A stretch of DNA of 64,000 bases from an uncultured Bacilli bacterium. GTDB taxonomy: Bacteria > Bacillota_I > Bacilli_A > RF39 > UBA660. This document shows positions 36,168 through 45,509 of this stretch, piece after piece. Under the pieces are notes generated by a model. The model searched no databases. It had not been told where the DNA came from and saw only the letters and a list, made by a program, of their open reading frames with translations. Positions within the stretch are counted from its first letter, which is position 1. The number at the start of each line of letters is the position of its first letter. Position numbers and translations under genes: made by a program. The stretch is from NCBI GenBank assembly GCA_934085585.1, contig CAKOHI010000001.1:8549-72548 (forward strand), read 5' to 3'.

Positions 36168-36746
36168 TTAATCTATAATTCCTAAAAAAATTGTTACCAC
36201 GCCAATAATGCAATGACTAATTGATACTCCAAATAAATTTTTATCTTTTATATACAAATTATACCAAATTAAACCAATTATAAAAGTTAATACAATGGTT
36301 AATATATCTTTGTATATAATATGGACAAATGCATACATAGACGAAGATATTAACATAGTACTATGTTTGCCATTATCAAAATAGCCATAGAAACCACGAT
36401 ATAGGAATTCTTGAATTGGGCATGAAATAAATATATAAAATAAATAAAAGTATATTGTTTCCCTTGGAACAAACTTATTTATATTTAAAAATTTCATTAA
36501 GATAATAATTGATACGGATATAATGATTATGGGTAAATTGCTGATTAATGAGTTTGCAATATTTCTTTTAGTTATACCTAAATCCTCATTACTTATATTA
36601 TTTTTTCTTAACCAAAAGTATATTAGAATTCCAAATGTTACTTATATATAAAATTTATATTTAAACAATTGCTGAAAAATTAAAATTGATAAGGGAACTA
36701 ATATATATAAAGTATTGATAACAATAAATATTTTTTTGTTTTTCAT
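36168..36746 (-). pseudogene. CPBP (CAAX/Abi) intramembrane protease-like gene with in-frame TAA
   Basis: ATG at 36746 (GAGG RBS) gives MKNKKIFIVINTLYILVPLSILIFQQLFKYKFYI, then TAA (36642-36644). The same frame continues VTFGILIYFW... into track ORF 36168..36497, which carries QEFLYRGF, FVHIIY and HCIIG motifs. Confidence 0.6.
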
Positions 36747-36802
36747 TCTACCTCATTCCTTCGTTGCTTTTTATCGCATTAAAACTTCCGTATTTTTAAA
36801 TT

Positions 36803-36840
36803 AAAAGGTGTAACCTAACTATTTTGTTTACACCTTTTTG
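36803..36840. terminator. terminator after secA
   Basis: aaaaggtgtaa-N14-ttacacctttt hairpin with flanking A and T runs, 11 nt after the secA stop. Confidence 0.65.
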
Positions 36841-36850
36841 TTAAATTATA

Positions 36851-39340
36851 TTACTTTCCGCAGCAATTCTTATATTTTTTCCCTGAACCGCAAATGCAGG
36901 GATCATTACGGCCAATTTTGTGGCTAACTCTTTTAGGTTGATTCTTTATTTTTTCTTTACCATCGTTAGCTGTACCTTTTAAAGTTTGTTTTCTTTCAAC
37001 ATTTTGACGAACTTCGGCTTTAAGTAAGAAAAGTGCAATATCATTATCTATTTTGTTAAGTAAGTTATCAAACATTTCAAAGCCTTCCATTGTATAGACT
37101 TGAACTGGATTTGATTGACCATAGCCTCGAAGACCAACACCTTCTTTTAAATGTTCCATTGCACTCATGTGGTCTACCCAACTTGTATCTATAACACGTA
37201 GTGATATAGCTTTTTCAAAATCATTCATAAGTGGTGATGATATCATTTTCTTTTCATAATTTTTGATAACAAGTTCACTTATATGATCTATTACTTCTTT
37301 TTCTTTCATCCCTTCAAGAACCTTGGCATTTAATTCTTCACCTTTTAAGAAGTTGGTATTTACATATTCTGCAATTTCAGATAAATCATTTTCTGTTAGA
37401 CAATTTTCTGGTGGAATATGGCTATCTACAAGGTTTGTTATAGTATTTTTAAATGTTTCAATAATAGTATCATGAATACTTTCTTGGTCTAGTATTTCAT
37501 TACGACGCGCATAAATTATTTCTCTTTGTTCATTTAAAACATTATCATAATCAAGAAGACTCTTACGATAATCAAAGTTATTTCCTTCAACTTTCTTTTG
37601 AGCTGATTCAATACTTTTTGTCAAGGCTTTAGAACGTATTGCTTGATCATCAGTTATTCCCATACTTACTAACATATTTTTAATTTTATCTGTACCAAAA
37701 CGACGCATTAGATCATCTTCGAATGATACAAAGAATTGACTTGTTCCTGGATCTCCTTGACGTCCCGAACGTCCACGCAACTGATTATCAATACGACGTG
37801 ATTCATGTCTTTCTGTACCGATTACGTAAAGCCCACCAATTTCACGAACTCCTTCGCCAAGTTTAATATCGGTTCCACGTCCAGCCATGTTAGTGGCAAG
37901 TGTTATAGCATCTTTTTCACCTGCATGAGCAATAATTTCTGCTTCTCTTTCATGATTTTTGGCATTTAATACTTCATGTTTTAAACCATTTTTAGTAAGT
38001 AATTTACTTAACTTTTCATTGGCTTCAACTGATATTGTACCAATTAGAATTGGTTGATGTTTAGAATGGATTTCTTTTACAACGTTTATGATGGCTTTAT
38101 ATTTGCCATTTTCTCCAGAATATACTAAATCTGCTAAATCTTCACGAATTACTGGTTTGTTAGTAGGAATTCTTATAACATACATGTTGTAAATATTTCT
38201 AAATTCTTCTTCTTCTGTCTTTGCAGTACCTGTCATACCAGATAATTTATTATACATTCTAAATAAATTTTGGAATGTAATTGTAGCCATTGTTTTAGTT
38301 TCAGTGTTAATTGTAACTCCTTCTTTTGCTTCAATAGCTTGATGAAGACCTTCAGAATATTGTCTTCCGTGCATAAGACGTCCAGTAAATGGGTCTACAA
38401 TTATAATTGCATCATTATCAACAACGTAATCTATATCTTTTTTAAATCCATAATTAGCCTTTAAAGCTTGATTAATGTGATGAACTAAACTTGTGTTATC
38501 TAAATCATAAAGATTAGTTACATTTAATAACTTTTCAACTTTTTTACTACCTTCAGCAGTTAAAGATACACTCTTTGTTTTTAAATCAATTGTGTAGTCA
38601 TCTTCTTCTTTTAATCTTTTAGCAACTCTGTCTGCTTCAATATAAAGACTATTCGTGTTAAACTGACCTCCGCTGATAATCAATGGCGTTCTTGCTTCAT
38701 CAATTAAAATTGAGTCAACTTCATCGATGATACAGAAGTTAAGTCCTCTTTGAACTCTGTCTTCACGTTTTACTACCATATTATCTCTTAAATAGTCAAA
38801 ACCTACTTCATTATTGGTAGAATATGTAATATCGGCATTATATGCTTCTTGTTTTTCTTTCGGAGTTAATTCTCTTAAATTTATTCCTACTGAAACACCT
38901 AATAAATCATAAATTGGTCTCATCCATTCAGCATTACGACTTGATAAATATTCATTAGTTGTTACAACATGAACACCTTTTCCTTCCAATGCATTTAAAT
39001 ATGCCGGTAAAATAGTTGTCAAAGTCTTACCTTCACCAGTTTTCATTTCAGCTATATTACCATAATGGATAGCAAGTCCACCAAGTATTTGAACATGGAA
39101 TGGTTTTTCACCAATAGCACGATATGCTGCTTCACGTGCTAAAGCAAATGCTGGAACTACAATATCATCCAATGTTTTTCCATCTTCTAGCATTGCTTTA
39201 AATTCTAAAGTTTTATCTTTAAAATCTTCATCTTTTAAAGCTTGCATTTCAGGCTCTAATTTTTCAATTTCTTCTGCTAATTTTTCAAAGCGACATAATT
39301 CTTTATATTCACTATCTAATAATTTTTTTATAAAATTCAT
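36851..39340 (-). CDS. secA: preprotein translocase ATPase SecA
   Basis: 829 aa. MKTGEGKTL Walker A, DEVDSILIDEARTPLIISG, and the C-terminal zinc-binding tail CICGSGKKYKNCCG. Confidence 0.97.
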   Translation of the reverse strand: MNFIKKLLDSEYKELCRFEKLAEEIEKLEPEMQALKDEDFKDKTLEFKAMLEDGKTLDDIVVPAFALAREAAYRAIGEKPFHVQILGGLAIHYGNIAEMKTGEGKTLTTILPAYLNALEGKGVHVVTTNEYLSSRNAEWMRPIYDLLGVSVGINLRELTPKEKQEAYNADITYSTNNEVGFDYLRDNMVVKREDRVQRGLNFCIIDEVDSILIDEARTPLIISGGQFNTNSLYIEADRVAKRLKEEDDYTIDLKTKSVSLTAEGSKKVEKLLNVTNLYDLDNTSLVHHINQALKANYGFKKDIDYVVDNDAIIIVDPFTGRLMHGRQYSEGLHQAIEAKEGVTINTETKTMATITFQNLFRMYNKLSGMTGTAKTEEEEFRNIYNMYVIRIPTNKPVIREDLADLVYSGENGKYKAIINVVKEIHSKHQPILIGTISVEANEKLSKLLTKNGLKHEVLNAKNHEREAEIIAHAGEKDAITLATNMAGRGTDIKLGEGVREIGGLYVIGTERHESRRIDNQLRGRSGRQGDPGTSQFFVSFEDDLMRRFGTDKIKNMLVSMGITDDQAIRSKALTKSIESAQKKVEGNNFDYRKSLLDYDNVLNEQREIIYARRNEILDQESIHDTIIETFKNTITNLVDSHIPPENCLTENDLSEIAEYVNTNFLKGEELNAKVLEGMKEKEVIDHISELVIKNYEKKMISSPLMNDFEKAISLRVIDTSWVDHMSAMEHLKEGVGLRGYGQSNPVQVYTMEGFEMFDNLLNKIDNDIALFLLKAEVRQNVERKQTLKGTANDGKEKIKNQPKRVSHKIGRNDPCICGSGKKYKNCCGK

Positions 39341-39424
39341 TTTCTCATTTCTCCTTAATGTGTATTATATCATAAGTAAAATAAAAGAAAAAGCTTTTAG
39401 AAACTTTTTCACCTTTATTTCACC

Positions 39425-39447
39425 CAAAAAGAAGCCACTTGGGCTTC
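39425..39447 (-). terminator. terminator after hpf
   Basis: gaagcc-acttg-ggcttc hairpin followed on the minus strand by TTTTTGGG. Confidence 0.6.
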
Positions 39448-39456
39448 AATTATAAA

Positions 39457-39993
39457 CTATTTAACATTTATGATTCCAAACTTGCCATCTTTTCTTTTAT
39501 AAAGAACTGACACACAATCTTCATCAATATTTTTGAAAACAAAGAAATCATGATTTAATAAATCTATTTGAAGCAATGCTTCTTCTTCATCCATTGGCTT
39601 CATTTCCATTTCTTTTCTTTTAATGATTTTTGGTAAATCCATTTCTTCATCATCTTCAACTTCAAAATCAAAACTCATTTCAAATTTAGGAACATCGCGA
39701 TATTTTTTACCCAAACGACTTTTATTTTTTCTAATTTGTCCTTCAAGTTTATCAACGACTAGGTCCACAGCTGCATAAAGGTCAGGATGTCTTTCTTCTG
39801 CTCTTAAAGTAAATTTACTTGTTGGCACTGTTACTTCAATACATTGATCTTGGTTTTTTACCTTAATTAAGACCTTACAATCAGTTGCCTTAGGACTTTC
39901 AAAATACTTATCAAGTTTTCCTAACTTTTCTGTTATGTATTCTTTCATTGATTTTGTGACTGTTATTTTGTCACCACGAATACTTATTTTCAA
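39457..39993 (-). CDS. hpf: ribosome hibernation-promoting factor (long form)
   Basis: 178 aa with an N-terminal YfiA/HPF fold and a C-terminal dimerisation domain. Located upstream of secA, as in Bacillus yvyD-secA. Confidence 0.88.
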   Translation of the reverse strand: MKISIRGDKITVTKSMKEYITEKLGKLDKYFESPKATDCKVLIKVKNQDQCIEVTVPTSKFTLRAEERHPDLYAAVDLVVDKLEGQIRKNKSRLGKKYRDVPKFEMSFDFEVEDDEEMDLPKIIKRKEMEMKPMDEEEALLQIDLLNHDFFVFKNIDEDCVSVLYKRKDGKFGIINVK

Positions 39994-40039
39994 TATATCA
40001 CCTTCCTAATTTTAATATACCACAAAAAAAAGAAAAAAA

Positions 40040-40258
40040 CTACTTAATTGTAGTCATTTCTTGTTCTAAAACATCAACTGCTTGTAAACCTTTTGAAGTT
40101 TCTATTAATTTAAAATTTACTACAGCACCTTCGTTTAATGTCTTATAACCATCTTTTACAATTGCTGAATAATGAACAAAGATATCTGATAGTTTATCAC
40201 ATTCGATGAAACCATATCCTTTGTCATTATTAAACCATTTTACAGTTCCTTGCATCAT
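40040..40258 (-). CDS. cold-shock protein (CspA family)
   Basis: Start moved to ATGATG at 40258 (AGGAAGGAG RBS). MMQGTVKWFNNDKGYGFIE...DIFVHYSAI carries the RNP1 and RNP2 motifs. Confidence 0.9.
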   Translation of the reverse strand: MMQGTVKWFNNDKGYGFIECDKLSDIFVHYSAIVKDGYKTLNEGAVVNFKLIETSKGLQAVDVLEQEMTTIK

Positions 40259-40349
40259 ATTTTGCTCCTTCCTACATTTAAACTTTAACACACTAAAATA
40301 TATAATGCAACAAAAACCGTTCGACAAATATTGACAAATCCTTTTAAAT

Positions 40350-40952
40350 TCAAGCTTTGGCGCTAGCAATTATAAGAGTTTCATGATTTGAAAAAATATA
40401 TGTTTTTTTATCAAATTTATTTTCTAAATTAGCAAAAACTTCTTTTAAAAGATCTCCGTTACCAAGAAGACATACTTCTTTATCTTTTGTTATATAGTTT
40501 ATATAATTTAATATATCTTCATTATTATAAAATGATTTAGTTTCCATATAAATATTGTTAATCTTTTTATATTCATCTAGAAAAGTAACATTAAAATAAT
40601 TATCAAAGATATTTATATATGTATTTTTTTCATTTAGTTTATAATAGTTAAGTTCTTTTTCAATTACTATTTTTCTATAATTAAAACATGTCATAATATT
40701 TTTTAAAAAAGTTATGTCAGCTGGTGTATAATTTGAACTAACAATTATTTTTATTGTTTCACCAAATAAAGAGTTATTTAAATGATTTTCATTTAATAAC
40801 TTTTCAAATGTTTTCATAAATTTTTTTATGTTATATATTTTTCCACCATAAACTGTATTTAAAGCTAACTTTTGTTTAATAATACTTTTATGTTTTTTAG
40901 CTTTTAAATATAAAAAATCATCTGTTATATGTAATATATTATTAAATTTCAT
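40350..40952 (-). CDS. hypothetical protein (200 aa) downstream of spoIIID
   Basis: Asn/Lys/Tyr-rich, with no TM helix and no motif I can place. Separated from spoIIID by 2 nt. Confidence 0.45.
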   Translation of the reverse strand: MKFNNILHITDDFLYLKAKKHKSIIKQKLALNTVYGGKIYNIKKFMKTFEKLLNENHLNNSLFGETIKIIVSSNYTPADITFLKNIMTCFNYRKIVIEKELNYYKLNEKNTYINIFDNYFNVTFLDEYKKINNIYMETKSFYNNEDILNYINYITKDKEVCLLGNGDLLKEVFANLENKFDKKTYIFSNHETLIIASAKA

Positions 40953-40954
40953 AA

Positions 40955-41203
40955 TTATCCTCTTTTATATTTTTGTCTTGTTACTTCTCCCCCACGAATG
41001 TGTTTTTCTCGATCATGAATTTTAAAAATATCATCTATTTCTGACGATAGTTTATTATCTATTTCTTTTAATCTTTCAGATAAATCAGTATGCACCGTAC
41101 TTTTACTTACATTAAAATGATCTGCTGTTTTACGTATTGTATCTTGTGTTTTAATTATGTGATTTGCTTCACTTAATACTCTTTTTTTTATATCTTTATT
41201 CAT
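40955..41203 (-). CDS. spoIIID: sporulation transcriptional regulator SpoIIID
   Basis: 82 aa. ...FNVSKSTVHTDLSERL...HIRGGEVTRQKY matches the SpoIIID HTH and basic C-terminal region. Confidence 0.88.
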   Translation of the reverse strand: MNKDIKKRVLSEANHIIKTQDTIRKTADHFNVSKSTVHTDLSERLKEIDNKLSSEIDDIFKIHDREKHIRGGEVTRQKYKRG

Positions 41204-41253
41204 TAACCAAACAACCCCTTAATAAACTATATTATTAAAGGGTTTTCTTTATG

Positions 41254-41889
41254 CTATTTTAAATCTTCGATTGACATGTTATAGAAATCTTCTGGATCAA
41301 TAGCTGTTCCGTTGTGATAAACTTCAAATAATAGACAATTTTCTGATTCACCATTTAAGCTATTATCTCCACTTTTACCTAGGACATCTCCGCTTACAAC
41401 TGTGTCATCTTTTTTTACTGTAACTTCACCCAAACTATAGTAAATTGTTTTTAAATTTGGATTATGAGTTATTTCTACATAATTTCCTAATATTTCATCT
41501 TTGGAAACGTTTGTTACTGTACCATCAAATGCACTTACTACATCAAAGGCAGATGTTGACGAATATAAGACACCACTATTTTGTAAATATGTGTTTTCAT
41601 AGTAAACTAGAGAATTTTGTTGTTTTGTATCATCATCTGACATATCATAAAATGACTTACTTATTGCAACATTACTACTTACATATGGACGTTCTATTTT
41701 ACTTTCATAGACATCATTATTCTTAATTACTGGTGTAACATTATCCTTTAGAGCACTGACTGCCATGTTGCCATATTCAATTTTATTTTGTAAGACATTC
41801 CCTAGAAAGGAAATACTTATAAATAATACACCAATAACCATTACATAAATAGTTGGTAATACATAGTTCTTGAGTTTTTTTGTTTTCAT
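41254..41889 (-). CDS. SpoIIQ-like protein with degenerate LytM/M23 domain
   Basis: N-terminal TM helix. LytM-like core (AFDGTVTNV...GNYVEITHNPNLKTIYYSLGEV...GDVLGKSG...LLFEVYHNG) lacks the HxxxD and HxH metal ligands. Lies between spoIID and spoIIID. Confidence 0.6.
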   Translation of the reverse strand: MKTKKLKNYVLPTIYVMVIGVLFISISFLGNVLQNKIEYGNMAVSALKDNVTPVIKNNDVYESKIERPYVSSNVAISKSFYDMSDDDTKQQNSLVYYENTYLQNSGVLYSSTSAFDVVSAFDGTVTNVSKDEILGNYVEITHNPNLKTIYYSLGEVTVKKDDTVVSGDVLGKSGDNSLNGESENCLLFEVYHNGTAIDPEDFYNMSIEDLK

Positions 41890-41932
41890 TAATTCACCAT
41901 CCTAATTAAAGTATGGGAATAATTAACATTTT

Positions 41933-42859
41933 TTATACACTAATTTGTTCAACATTTACATTTTGATAATAATGTTTTAATATTTCATCATATTTATAAC
42001 CATTTTTAGCTAATTCATTTGCTCCGTATTGACTCATTCCTACGCCATGCCCATATCCTTTTGTGGTTATTTCTATCGAATCATTTACTTTTATTTCAAA
42101 GTCTGTTGATTTAAGATTAAGTAGTGTTCTTACTTCGGTTCCTTTAAATACTTTATCATTTATTGTAATAAAATTTATTCTACCTGATTGGGATTTTGAA
42201 ATATCTTTGATAATTATGTTATCACATTCTATATTTAATTTATTACAAAATTCACTTTTATTTATTGTAATACTATTTACAATATTTTCTTCTGGTGAAT
42301 CGACACTTTTTAAATATTCTTTATTAGAACCAAAGACATATTGCGAATCTTCTGTTTTACCATTAGATTTAGCAAAATACATACTAATTATTACATTTCC
42401 TTCATAAGTCATTATTAAACCTTTAGTTTCATTAACTGCATCTTTTATTTTATTAAAGTAATATTCATAATTACTTTGCCAGTTTTCTTGCATTGCATCT
42501 TTTGTTATATATACTTGATTAGATTTATCTGTTACTAAGTCATAAGTTCCTTTTGAGATCTTCATTTTATATATTGCATATGTTCTAGATGCTATTGCTT
42601 GTGCTTTTAACGCTTCCATTTCAAATGAAGCTGGCATTTCTCCGGCAACAACACCGATAATATATTCTTCTAGATCTATATTTGTTATATTTCCAGTGGT
42701 AGCATCTTTAATTGCTAATTTTATATTTTCTTGATTATTTTGATTACTATTGGTATTTTCTTTGGCTTCATTATTAAAAAAAGCAGATTCTTTTTTAGAA
42801 CTGCTTACTGCTATAAATGATAAAACTACTACTATTAATAATAGAATTTTATTTTTCAT
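41933..42859 (-). CDS. spoIID: stage II sporulation protein D (SpoIID/LytB domain)
   Basis: ...ALKAQAIASRTYA..., ...GYGHGVGMSQYGANELAKNGYKYDEILKHYY. ATG at 42859 preferred (GAGG RBS). Confidence 0.88.
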   Translation of the reverse strand: MKNKILLLIVVVLSFIAVSSSKKESAFFNNEAKENTNSNQNNQENIKLAIKDATTGNITNIDLEEYIIGVVAGEMPASFEMEALKAQAIASRTYAIYKMKISKGTYDLVTDKSNQVYITKDAMQENWQSNYEYYFNKIKDAVNETKGLIMTYEGNVIISMYFAKSNGKTEDSQYVFGSNKEYLKSVDSPEENIVNSITINKSEFCNKLNIECDNIIIKDISKSQSGRINFITINDKVFKGTEVRTLLNLKSTDFEIKVNDSIEITTKGYGHGVGMSQYGANELAKNGYKYDEILKHYYQNVNVEQISV

Positions 42860-42880
42860 ATTTTGCCTCATTTAATCATA

Positions 42881-43075
42881 TTACATATTTATAAAATCTA
42901 GCACAAAATTTGTTAATAAGTATCCAAATGAAAAACTTAATACCATGACAAGTACCTTAGCCTCAAGGCTTTTTCCACTTTTAATAATTCCGTTATAATT
43001 TATACCTGATAATCCAAAGGCACTTATAAAGGTAAAAAAGATATATAATAATAACTTAACAATCATAATTTTCAC
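42881..43075 (-). CDS. small two-TM membrane protein
   Basis: 64 aa and hydrophobic. Overlaps the rpiB 3' end by 20 nt. Coding status is uncertain. Confidence 0.35.
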   Translation of the reverse strand: MKIMIVKLLLYIFFTFISAFGLSGINYNGIIKSGKSLEAKVLVMVLSFSFGYLLTNFVLDFINM

Positions 43076-43514
43076 TTTCTATTTTATTTATTTTTTCTAT
43101 TCTTCTTAAATGTCTTTCTTCACTTGGTTCTTTAGTCATTATAAAGTTGTCTATAATGTTATGTATTTTTTCAGTATCTAAATTAACACTAAATGCAATT
43201 ACATTGGCACCATTATGATTTTTTGCTGAAAATGCGTCATTTCCATCTGTTACTCTGGCACATCTAATACCTCGCACTTTATTAGCTGCGATAGACATTC
43301 CTATTCCAGAACCACATACTAAAATTCCTAAAGCATGTTCTTTTAAAACATTTTGGCATACCCATATAGCAAAGTCTGGATAGTCATCTTGATCATTATT
43401 TTGAATATCTGGGGTTTTAACTTCATAGCCGTATTCATTTAAATAATTAATTATGTCATCTTTACATTTAACCCCTTGGTGGTCATAGCCCAAAAATATT
43501 TTTATTGTAATCAT
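43056..43514 (-). CDS. rpiB: ribose-5-phosphate isomerase B
   Basis: GYDHQG..., ILVCGSGIGMSIAANKVRGIRCA..., NHNGANVIAF are RpiB/LacAB blocks. Confidence 0.9.
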   Translation of the reverse strand: MITIKIFLGYDHQGVKCKDDIINYLNEYGYEVKTPDIQNNDQDDYPDFAIWVCQNVLKEHALGILVCGSGIGMSIAANKVRGIRCARVTDGNDAFSAKNHNGANVIAFSVNLDTEKIHNIIDNFIMTKEPSEERHLRRIEKINKIESENYDC

Positions 43515-43595
43515 CTCCCTTAATTTATTATACTAAAGTTTATCTTTGTTGTCCATTTAATCATAGACTTATTGACAAAAGAAAAGAACAAACTA

Positions 43596-43808
43596 CTAAT
43601 TTTGTTCTTTATCTAAACCAAATTTTTTATTGAATTTTTCAATATTTCCAGTTTTCTTTGCTTTTCCTTGTGTTCCTGTATAGAATGGATGACATTCACT
43701 ACAAATTTCAACATCTATTTTTTCTTTAGTTGATTTTGTTTGAAATGTTGCTCCACATGCACAAGTAACAGTAGCATCTTTTACTTCTGGATGGATATTT
43801 GCTTTCAT
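43596..43808 (-). CDS. rpmE: 50S ribosomal protein L31 (type A, zinc-binding)
   Basis: MKANIHPE...CACGATF...[10 protein letters not shown]. Start at 43808 (GGAAGGAGAG RBS) rather than the track's 43826. Confidence 0.92.
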   Translation of the reverse strand: MKANIHPEVKDATVTCACGATFQTKSTKEKIDVEICSECHPFYTGTQGKAKKTGNIEKFNKKFGLDKEQN

Positions 43809-43973
43809 ATTCTCTCCTTCCGCCATACCATATTCATGGCATAGTAATTCGTTTTCTTACATATTATAACATATTTTATGTTTTTAGCAAGAGGATTTTG
43901 ATATATTTACATTATAACTATTGACATTATTTCATAATGCTTTTTATCTTTTAAACTTTTCTTATAAAATAAA

Positions 43974-45345
43974 TTAACTTTTCTTTTTTAAAATCTCATA
44001 TGTATCAGATTCTGTAAATTTAACTTTTACTTGATCATCACCTATTACTGTTGTATCTAAAGAACTCCATGAACCATTATTATATTTTTTTACAGTTACT
44101 GTATCTCCAGATTTGCACCCTGGAACATGTAATATAACATCTGTATCTACAATATTAACAAACGTAACATCCACAACTCCGAGTAAATAATAATCACTTA
44201 AGTTTTCTCCTTCAATAGCTGAACCATTAATTATCAAATAATTTTTCATACTATCTACATCATTTACTTCTATAACCTCTCCATCCATTGTACTAATAGT
44301 TCCGCTTACAGCTACTATTTCTTTTTCTGGCTCTGGTAATGGAACAAAATTATATCTTTTTACATAAATATTACTTCTTTCGCCATTTACATCTTCTACA
44401 TAAATTCTTACATTGTAATAACCATATGCTAAATTACTAAATGTATATGATGAAGAGCTAGATTCAATATAATTTCTACCATTATCTATTGAAAAATAAT
44501 ATTTTGATATATTACTTGCATCTGTTAATGTAGTTACGCTAGCGATGATGATACTAGTTTTATCGTTTGTAAAACTAACGCTTCTTATCACTGGTAAATC
44601 TCCATTACTTGAATATTTATAGTCATACGTATTTGTTTTAACATTTTTTGTGTCTACCGCATAGGCATAAATTTTATAATTTGTTCCATCTTTAACATTT
44701 GTAAAAGTATAAGAAGTATCACCACTTTCAACATATGTTATTGAATTTGCTGATAGAGTGTTTGCTAATTTTATTACTTTTGAACTTTCATTTACCATTG
44801 CTAATCCATTTACTTCTTCAATTGCATAGTAATATTTATCTATCTCATTACTTCCTTGTTCTACATTTAAATCTACTATTAAATTACTTCCACTCTTTGT
44901 GGCACTTAATGTATTTATTGTTCCTGGGGTATAATTATCAAACGTTTCTTTTGATATTAATATTTGACCCGCAAAAGATTTTCAGCATTTGCTGATTGAT
45001 CTTTGTTATAATTTATAAATGTTATTGTTATATTCCATGTATCTGTTTTGGTACTAGTCGTTGTTATTGCTCTATTATTTAAAATTGTTATTAATCCTGA
45101 TGTTGTTGTAATATCAAATCCTTTTACTGTTGCTCCTTTGCCATCTGTTACTGTTTTATATGTTAAACCACTTATACTCGTTATTTCATTATTACTTCCA
45201 TCTTTTACTGTAAGTAATAATTCTGGATATGTTGCACTATCTGTGTATATAAAATCATTATCTGATATATTTAGATATAGATTATAATTATTAGTTGCAC
45301 TATTTGTTTTATTATTGGCTGTTAGTATTGCTTTGGCAAATGTCG
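43974..45345 (-). pseudogene. 5'-truncated, frameshifted second copy of the 45510..47417 surface-protein gene
   Basis: 44821-45343 aligns with 46670-47183 (roughly four-fifths identical by eye). The copy lacks the first ~75 codons, including the signal peptide and promoter. A 1-nt deletion near 44983 creates a TGA. From there one frame is open to 43974 (track ORF 43974..44798) with a different C-terminal domain. Confidence 0.55.
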
Positions 45346-45509
45346 TTCCAGTTTGATTTCCTTTATTTTATACTTTACATAATAGATTATAATAAAAAAC
45401 ATTATGACAGTCAATTACATTTATATCTATATTTGTTCTCTTTATTACATATTTCTATCATTTATCAATTAAATATATAAAACCATTAAAAAAAGCCAAT
45501 AATTGACTT

